A stretch of DNA of 50,042 nt from a virus. Taxonomy: Duplodnaviria; Caudoviricetes. The DNA lies in IMG/VR virus record IMGVR_UViG_3300044674_000289, positions 1 to 50,042 of that record; one strand, given 5' to 3'. The notes under the pieces were generated by a model that worked only from the letters and a program-made list of their open reading frames with translations, did not search any database and was not told the origin of the DNA. Each line of letters starts with the position of its first letter. Position 1 is the first letter of the stretch. The position numbers and the translations under genes were made by a program. Positions 1-7,454 of the stretch are shown here, in pieces.

Positions 1-59
1 GGGCTTCTACGTCTTTAAAACCCCCTCACGGAGTGAGGGTTTTAAAGACGTAGAAGCCC
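1..59. repeat. Long bulged hairpin element, copy A
   Basis: Perfect 23-bp inverted repeat (1-23 / 37-59), CC bulge, inner stem TCAC-GGA-GTGA. Confidence 0.9.
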
Positions 60-118
60 TTAGAGAGTCGCCGAGTCGGCTCTCACTCACCCAAACTTCA
101 TTGCACTTGGAGGTGCTT

Positions 119-382
119 ATGTCTCAGTTCGATTACTCTACTCTCGACCCCAACAAGCCTGCTTCATACCGTCAGTTTAACGGTGTTGCATATCATTTTG
201 CTCAGTTGCACACCAAAGGTGACAAGACAAAAACATACATGACAACTCGTATGTTCAAAGCTATTTTGTACAAGTTTTATAACGAGCAGAATATTCAAAT
301 GACTCATGGTGAGGCTCAAAAGTTTTTCAAAACCAAGCGAGTTCCTGCTCAGTTCAAGAAATTAATTACTATCCGTAAGTAA
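119..382 (+). CDS. Early hypothetical protein
   Basis: ORF with GGAGG SD before ATG 119; no family recognised. Confidence 0.7.
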   Translation: MSQFDYSTLDPNKPASYRQFNGVAYHFAQLHTKGDKTKTYMTTRMFKAILYKFYNEQNIQMTHGEAQKFFKTKRVPAQFKKLITIRK

Positions 383-508
383 TTTACCCGTCTTGGGTGG
401 GCATAGTTTGGTTGGCGCTATGCCATAAAATGGTAAACTCGACACCACAAGGTGTGTATATAGTTTACAAGTCAACCATTCACCCTAAACTTTTCTTGGA
501 GATATATT

Positions 509-778
509 ATGCGTTTTCTAGATTCTGAAACTAACTCAGCTTTTGGTGTAACTTATCACGTTATCAACAATGGTACTGCTCCACAGCCACTAAATTTTCG
601 TGGTCGGCAGTCTGGTTGGAGAGATCGGTTTGAAAAGATGCAAGCAATGGAATGGTTTGTTGTTCCAAAATCAGATCAAGCTAAGACTCAGCAAGCGGCT
701 GTAAATTATCTCAGAGGACGATATAGTTTTTACAGGATCAACGAGAAAGGTGATATGTGCTTGTTGAAACTTCGTTAA
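509..778 (+). CDS. Early hypothetical protein
   Basis: GGAG SD, ATG 509, followed by a terminator. Confidence 0.7.
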   Translation: MRFLDSETNSAFGVTYHVINNGTAPQPLNFRGRQSGWRDRFEKMQAMEWFVVPKSDQAKTQQAAVNYLRGRYSFYRINEKGDMCLLKLR

Positions 779-794
779 TCCGTGGGGGAACTTC

Positions 795-816
795 GGGGGC
801 TTCGGCCCCCTTTTTT
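795..816 (+). terminator. Intrinsic terminator
   Basis: GGGGGC-TTCG-GCCCCC followed by T6. Confidence 0.85.
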
Positions 817-830
817 ATTTGGAGGATATT

Positions 831-1163
831 ATGTTTTGGAATAATGAATGTGGTCACCCAGAAGAAAATTATATTTGTAGTGTCATTGGATCTACTGATT
901 CTTATGATGTATTTGTTGTGCCTAATAGATTTGATAGTCGGACTGAGTTTTGTCTGCGTTATGGCAATGAAGATTATCAATATCTCAGCAGTTGGAATTG
1001 CGAATGGATTGAGCGACGAATCTCTCACTTAAATAAATTCGGTGAGACAGTTCAAGATAAACTAGAATTAAAAATGTTTCAGGCTCTGAAATATGAAATA
1101 CAAGAAAATAATTATTGGGATCTCCCGTGGGATCTGACCCCCGAAGTTAAAGAATTAGTTTAG
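831..1163 (+). CDS. Early hypothetical protein
   Basis: GGAGG SD then ATG 831, in frame with the 819..1163 ORF. Confidence 0.7.
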   Translation: MFWNNECGHPEENYICSVIGSTDSYDVFVVPNRFDSRTEFCLRYGNEDYQYLSSWNCEWIERRISHLNKFGETVQDKLELKMFQALKYEIQENNYWDLPWDLTPEVKELV

Positions 1164-1164
1164 C

Positions 1165-1227
1165 GGGGCTTCTACGTCTTTAAAACCCCTTTACCCTGTA
1201 AAGGGTTTTAAAGACTTAAGAAGCCCC
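1165..1227. repeat. Long bulged hairpin element, copy B
   Basis: 1166-1189 is identical to 1-24; inner stem TTTAC-CCT-GTAAA; right arm GGGTTTTAAAGAC..AGAAGCCCC. Confidence 0.9.
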
Positions 1228-1247
1228 CACCGTGACGGAGACAGCGA

Positions 1248-1862
1248 ATGTATAATGTTCATGCCAAAGCCGTGCAAGATTATTCTAGATTATCAAGCGA
1301 CAACCTTGCCGATGTTGTGTTGATGGTTGTATTGAGTATACAACAGCCGTGGTTTGCGGTTGGCGACCAGCTAAAAGATGTAAAACTAAATGGCATCGAC
1401 TCTAGATTTATTTGGGGCAACAAAGTAAAAACATATAGGTCACTCATGTCCCGCAAAGAATTTATTTATTCTCAGTATCTTGCAGTGCTTAACTCAAATA
1501 AATCTGATGATGACAGGGCGCTATCATTGATGAATGTATTTTTGCAGATTGATGGCTTAGGTATGGCAAAGGCTGGATTTGTTTGTCAGCTAACTGCGGG
1601 ACTTGTTGGGTGTATTGACATTCACAACCTTCGGATGTACAATATCCCGATGAAAGATTTAAAATTATCTAAGTCTTTAAAGTCAAAGGCTATAAAGAAT
1701 CGTCGTGTTATGAATTATATTTCTATATGTCACGACATTGGTACAGAAAAGTTATGGAATACTTGGTGTAATACTCTTGCTACCAAGTCTAAAAGATTTG
1801 AGGATGGCTTTCATGTATCCCAAGTACATTACAGCTATCTTCAAGATGCGGTAAACTTTTAA
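1248..1862 (+). CDS. HhH-GPD superfamily DNA glycosylase-like protein
   Basis: LQIDGLGMAKAGF helix-hairpin-helix followed by GCIDIHNLR, resembling the VDxH/LDxH catalytic Asp motif of Nth/Ogg enzymes. Confidence 0.55.
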   Translation: MYNVHAKAVQDYSRLSSDNLADVVLMVVLSIQQPWFAVGDQLKDVKLNGIDSRFIWGNKVKTYRSLMSRKEFIYSQYLAVLNSNKSDDDRALSLMNVFLQIDGLGMAKAGFVCQLTAGLVGCIDIHNLRMYNIPMKDLKLSKSLKSKAIKNRRVMNYISICHDIGTEKLWNTWCNTLATKSKRFEDGFHVSQVHYSYLQDAVNF

Positions 1863-1879
1863 CTAACTGGAGACATATT

Positions 1880-2833
1880 ATGTCAGAAGTAATTTCTATC
1901 TTTGGTACTCATCGTCCAGCAGATCCTTTTGCTGGTAAAGGTTATGGTGTTGCTGATTTTCCTGTTGCAACCCGTCCAATGCTTTACTTCAATGATGACA
2001 CCGACCAGTGGTACGAGTCATCAAAAGTTGCTGTTGTTCGCACAGATACTATGGACGAGCTTGGTGTTCATGGTAAAAACTACAAGCCCGTTGCACCTCG
2101 TGAATTGATTGACGCTCAACGTGCAATCATTATGCGTAGTGGTTTAAAGACTGACGGTATCATTGAAAAGATTGAGTGCAGTCACAATGGTGCGGCGACA
2201 TTTGTAAAGTATCGTTTGCCAGAGCATAACTATCTTACTCCTGACGGCGACAATGCCACGCTTACTTTATTGGGCGTGACCTCCCTCAACAGTACGTTTG
2301 CTTTTATTATGTCAGCAGGCGCTCATCAATCTGCTTGCTTTAACGGTCAAGTATTTATTACCGGCGAGGCTGGATTGTTCAAGGCTCGACACACCAAGAA
2401 CTTGGATATCAAGCAAGCCTCTCGCGCTATTGTCAAGTCTCTTGAAGTGTTTGAAAAAGAGCGTGAGTTGTGGCAGACTATGTACAAGACTCCGGTTACT
2501 GAGAAGCAGGCCATGTATACTTTTGCAGAGGCCGCTGGCTGTCTTGATCTGGTTCAGGCCGCAGTTCACGAGAGTGGTGTATCTTGGTCAGCAGTATTTG
2601 ACAAGCTCCCTAGAATGAATAGTGCGTTAACGTATCTTGCCAAGGCTTGGAATCAATACTCTCAGAAAATGGGCAAGACTCAATGGGCTGTTTACAATAC
2701 ACTAACGGATTGGTCTACTCATGCTCCAGCACCTACCAAGAAGTCTCAACTCAACATTGCTTCGGTTAATCAGAAGCGTTCAGAAGTTGTTCGGAAGGTA
2801 TGCAACTCTGATGTCTTCCGTATCGCGGCCTGA
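1880..2833 (+). CDS. DUF932 family protein
   Basis: Motifs ACFNG, ARHT and WAVYNTLTDWSTH typical of DUF932 phage/plasmid proteins. Confidence 0.7.
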   Translation: MSEVISIFGTHRPADPFAGKGYGVADFPVATRPMLYFNDDTDQWYESSKVAVVRTDTMDELGVHGKNYKPVAPRELIDAQRAIIMRSGLKTDGIIEKIECSHNGAATFVKYRLPEHNYLTPDGDNATLTLLGVTSLNSTFAFIMSAGAHQSACFNGQVFITGEAGLFKARHTKNLDIKQASRAIVKSLEVFEKERELWQTMYKTPVTEKQAMYTFAEAAGCLDLVQAAVHESGVSWSAVFDKLPRMNSALTYLAKAWNQYSQKMGKTQWAVYNTLTDWSTHAPAPTKKSQLNIASVNQKRSEVVRKVCNSDVFRIAA

Positions 2834-2984
2834 TTATGTTGATATCGAATCTCTTGTTCAGCTTTATATTTATATCAAGCCTAATCCTGATTACAGTGGT
2901 CTGGCTGAATCGTTAAGAAATCTACACTTCACTGAATCAGAGATCTTTAATATCCTAAACAAAGTTCGTGAGGGATATTACTAA
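2811..2984 (+). CDS. Hypothetical protein (57 aa)
   Basis: ATG 2811 in frame with the 2721..2984 ORF; ends just before a terminator. Confidence 0.5.
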   Translation: MSSVSRPDYVDIESLVQLYIYIKPNPDYSGLAESLRNLHFTESEIFNILNKVREGYY

Positions 2985-2990
2985 ATTGAC

Positions 2991-3011
2991 GCGCCCTTCG
3001 GGGCGCTTTTT
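2991..3011 (+). terminator. Intrinsic terminator
   Basis: GCGCCC-TTCG-GGGCGC followed by T5. Confidence 0.85.
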
Positions 3012-3027
3012 ATTTGGAGGAAGTAAT

Positions 3028-3252
3028 ATGTATTACATAGCATCCCGCAACCAACGCGGCAGTGGCGGTATGATTATCTGGTCGCACATTAAAAAACTAA
3101 ATGCTTTTAAAGCTACCGATGGTATGGAATATGTAGTAGCTAAAAGCAAAAAAGAAATGGAGCGATCACTACCAATTTATATTGGTGTTGGTGACAAGCT
3201 TATTAAAACTAGACGGTATGAAATTACTTGGCTTGATGAGTTCTTTGGATAG
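3028..3252 (+). CDS. Hypothetical protein
   Basis: GGAGG SD, ATG 3028. Confidence 0.65.
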   Translation: MYYIASRNQRGSGGMIIWSHIKKLNAFKATDGMEYVVAKSKKEMERSLPIYIGVGDKLIKTRRYEITWLDEFFG

Positions 3253-3255
3253 GAG

Positions 3256-3444
3256 ATGACCATGCAATTAACCAAACCCCAGCAAGAATCACTCAAAAGA
3301 AAGTGGATGTTCTGGAATGAAAACGAAAGCTACCTAAAGTTTAGGCGTGGTGTTCAAGAAGTATTTATGGGGGAAGGTGCCGTCTGTGTGCGGTGGAATG
3401 GTATGTGGTTAGTTATAGAGTCGGATGGTTACACACATTCTTAG
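3256..3444 (+). CDS. Hypothetical protein
   Basis: Tightly packed ORF with AGGAG upstream (true start may be the second ATG). Confidence 0.6.
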   Translation: MTMQLTKPQQESLKRKWMFWNENESYLKFRRGVQEVFMGEGAVCVRWNGMWLVIESDGYTHS

Positions 3445-3453
3445 GAGATTATT

Positions 3454-3672
3454 ATGGTTATGAATTCTATAGAACTAATGCACCACTGGAGAAAGCATAT
3501 CAGAAGTGCTAAGGCTGGCTCTCTAATCGGCGCTAGAAAGTATAAGAAAATGTTTGGTGAGACTGCAAATATTGTCGGATACTTTGAAGGCAAAGCGCAG
3601 GCACAAACAGAGGCCATAAACATAATTGAATATATGATTGAATATCAGGAGATGTTTCATGGGGACGGCTAG
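3454..3672 (+). CDS. Hypothetical protein
   Basis: AGGAG SD, operon packing. Confidence 0.65.
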   Translation: MVMNSIELMHHWRKHIRSAKAGSLIGARKYKKMFGETANIVGYFEGKAQAQTEAINIIEYMIEYQEMFHGDG

Positions 3673-3673
3673 T

Positions 3674-3901
3674 ATGTATGGCAATCAAGTCATGGAAGCA
3701 GAGCTTGATTCTGATTGGATGACAACGGATGTTTTGATTGAGTTTATACATCATGGTGACGAGGAGAATTTAGTTGAAATTGTTTCAGTTAAATCGCACG
3801 GAGTTGATATCACTAGCTGGGTCAACATGGATTATATGTTTGATCTTGTTCGTGATTTCATAGCAGAGGCTGACTATCACTGGACAGATCATGGAGACTA
3901 A
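3674..3901 (+). CDS. Acidic hypothetical protein
   Basis: ATG directly after the previous stop; D/E-rich. Confidence 0.6.
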   Translation: MYGNQVMEAELDSDWMTTDVLIEFIHHGDEENLVEIVSVKSHGVDITSWVNMDYMFDLVRDFIAEADYHWTDHGD

Positions 3902-3902
3902 C

Positions 3903-4088
3903 ATGAAAGAAAAAAGATATGCAGTAGAATGTTTTTCTGACGGTGAGTTTTATCCCGCTTACGATAAAGTTTTTAACAATCTACCTGACGCAATCTTTGT
4001 TTTAAATGAGGAGTTGCAGACTGATCCAGAGATGTGTCATAGGCTTGTAGAATATGAAACAAAAGTTTTGTTAGTAGCTGGAGACTAA
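3903..4088 (+). CDS. Hypothetical protein
   Basis: GGAG SD, ATG 3903. Confidence 0.6.
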   Translation: MKEKRYAVECFSDGEFYPAYDKVFNNLPDAIFVLNEELQTDPEMCHRLVEYETKVLLVAGD

Positions 4089-4089
4089 T

Positions 4090-4620
4090 ATGAATATCTT
4101 TTATCTAAGTAGCTGTCCACGCCAAGCCGCCAAAGATATGTGTGACCAGCACGTTGTCAAGATGCCACTTGAGACTGCACAGATTTTGTCCACGGCTCAT
4201 CGTGTTGTCGATGGTACAATGGTGATCGGACAATCTTCTTCAGGTCGTAAAGCTAAACGCTGGGTGCTAGATAGATACGACGATAAGTTTTATCTTGCCG
4301 CCCATGTCAATCATCCCAGCACTGTATGGGCTAGAAAAAGTATTGAACATTACGAATGGTTGTACGAACACTTTGAAGCACTCAGCAGGGAGTTTGAGAA
4401 TCGCTTCAAGCACAGTCACAAAAGCTGGAACAAGCTAAAGTTCTTTACATCTAAAGCACCAAAGAACATCGGCGTCTCTGGCTTTGTCGATCCACCACAA
4501 TGTATGCCTGACGAGTACAAAGATACTGATACTGTCAGAGCGTACAAAAAATATTATGACTTTAAGTTTCACGATTGGATGGAGAAAGGGAGGCCCATGA
4601 GATGGACAGAAGCCGTATAA
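4090..4620 (+). CDS. Pyrimidine-dimer DNA glycosylase / DenV-family-like protein
   Basis: MNIFYL..CP..AA...CDQHVVKMPLETAQILST, HVNHPSTVW and PPQCMPDEYK motifs characteristic of this phage family. Confidence 0.7.
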   Translation: MNIFYLSSCPRQAAKDMCDQHVVKMPLETAQILSTAHRVVDGTMVIGQSSSGRKAKRWVLDRYDDKFYLAAHVNHPSTVWARKSIEHYEWLYEHFEALSREFENRFKHSHKSWNKLKFFTSKAPKNIGVSGFVDPPQCMPDEYKDTDTVRAYKKYYDFKFHDWMEKGRPMRWTEAV

Positions 4621-4739
4621 AAGAATTCTTTTTTCTTTTGCGTAACTCGCCTGAGTACTTAGGTATGTTAGTTGTTACCACATTCTTTTCTATTGGTATT
4701 TTAATTGGTAAGTACATTAAATATGGAGAGATCTTTTGA
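4602..4739 (+). CDS. Small membrane protein (45 aa, absent from the ORF track)
   Basis: Hand translation MDRSRIKEFFFLLRNSPEYLGMLVVTTFFSIGILIGKYIKYGEIF; fills the gap; GGAGG upstream. Confidence 0.5.
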   Translation: MDRSRIKEFFFLLRNSPEYLGMLVVTTFFSIGILIGKYIKYGEIF

Positions 4740-4963
4740 AAAAATATATTCATGTTAATCAACATAAAATTCGTGCGAACAAAAAGCATGGCACGGACGA
4801 GCCTGTAATTACAATTAAAGCAGGACGTAGTAATACTTACTGTCACGAGGTCGAAATACTCGGCAGTAGTGTGATAAGGTATAGCGGCAACGGCAAGCCG
4901 ATACTATCCTGTGGTGCGCGTGTTGTTATTGAAACCGAATCCGATGTAAAAATTGTGAGGTAA
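4736..4963 (+). CDS. Conserved phage hypothetical protein
   Basis: IHVNQH...LSCGARVVIET pattern; TTG start overlapping the previous stop. Confidence 0.65.
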   Translation: MKKYIHVNQHKIRANKKHGTDEPVITIKAGRSNTYCHEVEILGSSVIRYSGNGKPILSCGARVVIETESDVKIVR

Positions 4964-4965
4964 CG

Positions 4966-5262
4966 ATGAGCATTGATGATGCAACCCCTGAAGAATGGAA
5001 TAAATCCAGATCCAAAACCATAACCGGAAAACTTTATCATCCTGAAGATAACCACCACCCCGTTACTAAGCCCCAGCACTATAATAAAGGCGGGATAGAA
5101 GCTATTGATTATATTAAACAACAGCTTGGCTCCGGCTTTGGAGACTATTGTGCAGGGAATGTTATGAAGTACCTTCATAGATTTAAATACAAAAATGGAA
5201 TAGAAGATCTAAAGAAAGCACAGGTCTATTTAAGTTGGTTGATTGAGGATCAAACAAAGTGA
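4966..5262 (+). CDS. DUF3310 (T7 gp1.7/SaV-like) protein
   Basis: V..P.HY..GGIEAIDYI...GNVMKYLHR...KNGIEDLKKA..YL signature. Confidence 0.85.
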   Translation: MSIDDATPEEWNKSRSKTITGKLYHPEDNHHPVTKPQHYNKGGIEAIDYIKQQLGSGFGDYCAGNVMKYLHRFKYKNGIEDLKKAQVYLSWLIEDQTK

Positions 5263-5747
5263 GGAAACTTCTTGGGCGTCTTAAACAAGACAACGAATTT
5301 TATTACTCAGATATTCATGGTCGCAAGCACTATGCAAATGTGATGGCGGCAGGCTTAGAGCTTGCTGACTACTTCAAACTTAATCCAAAACTCTTTAAGT
5401 ACTTTGCGTATCTCCATGATTCTTGTAGAGAAAATGAAGGTAAAGATCCGTTGCACGGACAACGTGCGGCAGAGTATATTGAGTCTGTGAAACACTTAAT
5501 TGATTTATGTACGGCAGAGCGTTGGATGCTACAATCTGCCTGTGCGATGCATACCCACGCGCAACCGTGGGATGGTCACAAATACACACTGTTTGAGAAG
5601 TGTGCTTTTGATTCAGACCGTTCTGATATAGGGCGTGTTTGTTTTGCTGTTGATCCAACATATTTATTTACTTGCAAAGGTAAGGAGCTTTTTGCAGATG
5701 AACAAGAATATTACCAACAAGATAGATGGGCGGCAGTATACGCCTGA
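5259..5747 (+). CDS. HD-domain phosphohydrolase
   Basis: HG..H, LHD, HG..AA, H and DSDR.D metal-binding motifs. Confidence 0.8.
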   Translation: MRKLLGRLKQDNEFYYSDIHGRKHYANVMAAGLELADYFKLNPKLFKYFAYLHDSCRENEGKDPLHGQRAAEYIESVKHLIDLCTAERWMLQSACAMHTHAQPWDGHKYTLFEKCAFDSDRSDIGRVCFAVDPTYLFTCKGKELFADEQEYYQQDRWAAVYA

Positions 5748-6033
5748 AGAAATTGAATACAGTTCTCGTATTCAAAAGAGTGCCACACCAAAAGGAACAT
5801 TAGATTGGTATCTGAAATGGGTGGCTAGTGTCTGGCTAATAGCCGCTATTTCTTTTCGTAGTACAGGGCTACCGGAGCTACAAATATACGATATGTTTTT
5901 GAGCTTCGCTGGTACTACACTATGGGCTGTTGTTGGGTTTATATGGAGGGATCGTGCAATCATTATAATCAATACTATCGCGGCTGTCATGTTATTTGGT
6001 GGCTTACTTTCTCAAATAATCGGTGGAGTCTAA
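5698..6033 (+). CDS. Membrane protein (DUF6552-like)
   Basis: Three hydrophobic segments; DWYLKW and WRDRAI motifs; AAGGAG SD before ATG 5698. Confidence 0.6.
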   Translation: MNKNITNKIDGRQYTPEEIEYSSRIQKSATPKGTLDWYLKWVASVWLIAAISFRSTGLPELQIYDMFLSFAGTTLWAVVGFIWRDRAIIIINTIAAVMLFGGLLSQIIGGV

Positions 6034-6034
6034 T

Positions 6035-6346
6035 ATGAACTTCGATCAATATCAAGAGCAAGCATCATCAACTGCACTATACAAAGATAAATTTTATCCC
6101 ATCGCATCTTTGATGGTGGAGGCGGCTGAGTTATCCGACCTTTTTATCAAGCCGATGTTGCGGGGAGATGACCGTAAAGTAGAACGTCAAGATGTAATAT
6201 CAGAAGCCGGGGATGTATTGTGGAATCTTGCCATGATCCTGAAAGATCACGGGGTTGACTTGTCTGAAGTAGCGGCGTATAATCTCGCTAAACTTCAGAG
6301 TCGTGCTGACCGTGGAGTGATTCAAGGATCTGGAGGTAATCGTTGA
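6035..6346 (+). CDS. MazG-like nucleotide pyrophosphohydrolase
   Basis: EAAEL, EAGDVLW and NLAKLQSRADRGVIQGSG motifs. Confidence 0.85.
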   Translation: MNFDQYQEQASSTALYKDKFYPIASLMVEAAELSDLFIKPMLRGDDRKVERQDVISEAGDVLWNLAMILKDHGVDLSEVAAYNLAKLQSRADRGVIQGSGGNR

Positions 6347-6579
6347 AGATTATACAAGGTAACTTTAACAAAGATAAATCAAAGTCTCTTAATGATAAAG
6401 TCTTAGAAGGTCTTACAAAACTTAAAGATCAATCTAACGATGAAGAGATTCGATATCCATTTATTTTGATTGTTGACACTGGAGAAGACTTAAAAGTTGT
6501 TTCAGATATAGACATGGAAAAATTTAATTTGTTGTTGGACTTAGTAAAAATGACCGTGCTTACTGGCAATTATGATTAG
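6343..6579 (+). CDS. Hypothetical protein
   Basis: GGAGG SD, TTG start overlapping the previous stop. Confidence 0.6.
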   Translation: MKIIQGNFNKDKSKSLNDKVLEGLTKLKDQSNDEEIRYPFILIVDTGEDLKVVSDIDMEKFNLLLDLVKMTVLTGNYD

Positions 6580-6587
6580 GGGGAACT

Positions 6588-6794
6588 GTGGAGGAAGAAA
6601 CATTTAATATTGAAGATGCCTTGTGTAAGGCGTTTGTTATGAGCTTGGGTACAGGCTTGCCGTCACCTCAAGCAATGAAGAATATGATTAGTTGGATTAA
6701 TATTCAGGCTCGCAAAGAGCATGAACAATTGTCCACTGATTATGTGTACAGGTGCATCCCGCACTACATTACTTTCTTGTTTAATAAATCTTAG
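6588..6794 (+). CDS. Hypothetical protein
   Basis: GTG start after a G-rich SD; operon packing. Confidence 0.55.
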   Translation: MEEETFNIEDALCKAFVMSLGTGLPSPQAMKNMISWINIQARKEHEQLSTDYVYRCIPHYITFLFNKS

Positions 6795-6805
6795 GAGATT
6801 TAATT

Positions 6806-7234
6806 ATGGCTCTTGTTGAAGGTGTTGCATATTGGGCGTCCATCACCACCCCAAACACAACCTACACTCCGGTGTATACTGTGAATCTTGTGGTAACTGA
6901 TGAAGTCGCAAATGATTTTAGATCGCGTGGCTTCACTGTTAAGGATATGGAAGAAGGCCCAGCACTTCTTATCAAGCGTAAAGTAAACGGCCCCAACGGT
7001 ATGATCCGACCAGCACCAAAGCTGTTGGATCAGAACAAACAACCTTTGAATGTTAGTGTCGGCAACGGCAGTAAGGTTAAAGTTCAGTACAAGGAGTGGG
7101 AGTCCACTTGGAATGGTACTGTGTACAAAGGCTTGGACTTTCAGGCGATGCAAGTTCTTGAGTTGGTAGAATACGCCAGCCCTGATGGTGCAGAGTTTGA
7201 TATCGTTGATGGCGAAGACGGAGACGAACTCTAA
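6806..7234 (+). CDS. Single-stranded DNA-binding protein (T7 gp2.5-like)
   Basis: VGNGSKVKV and LDFQAMQVLELVEY motifs, acidic C-terminal tail, upstream of primase. Confidence 0.75.
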   Translation: MALVEGVAYWASITTPNTTYTPVYTVNLVVTDEVANDFRSRGFTVKDMEEGPALLIKRKVNGPNGMIRPAPKLLDQNKQPLNVSVGNGSKVKVQYKEWESTWNGTVYKGLDFQAMQVLELVEYASPDGAEFDIVDGEDGDEL

Positions 7235-7452
7235 TGTGGAGATACACACACGAAGATAAAGTCTACGATGTTGAAAAGATTTCTCCAGAAGGTCAGGCAA
7301 CATTCATGCTGATCGCTGATGTTCAAAAAAGAATTGAAGATCTTGAGACAAATATGACTATAAACCAAGCGGCGGCAGTAGCACTGCATCAGAAGATGCA
7401 AGAGCTTCTTGTTGACGAAGCATTAGTAAAGGACAATGAAACGGAGGAATAA
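7234..7452 (+). CDS. Hypothetical coiled-coil protein
   Basis: Start overlaps the previous stop (TAATG). Confidence 0.6.
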   Translation: MWRYTHEDKVYDVEKISPEGQATFMLIADVQKRIEDLETNMTINQAAAVALHQKMQELLVDEALVKDNETEE

Positions 7453-7454
7453 GT

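Noticed and set aside
439-464. TCGACA...TATAGT as an early promoter
   Set aside because: The spacer is only 14 bp.
5070-5095. HYNKGG in DUF3310 as another GG tag
   Set aside because: It is part of the family signature, lacks the basic residue at -6 and lies in the early arm.
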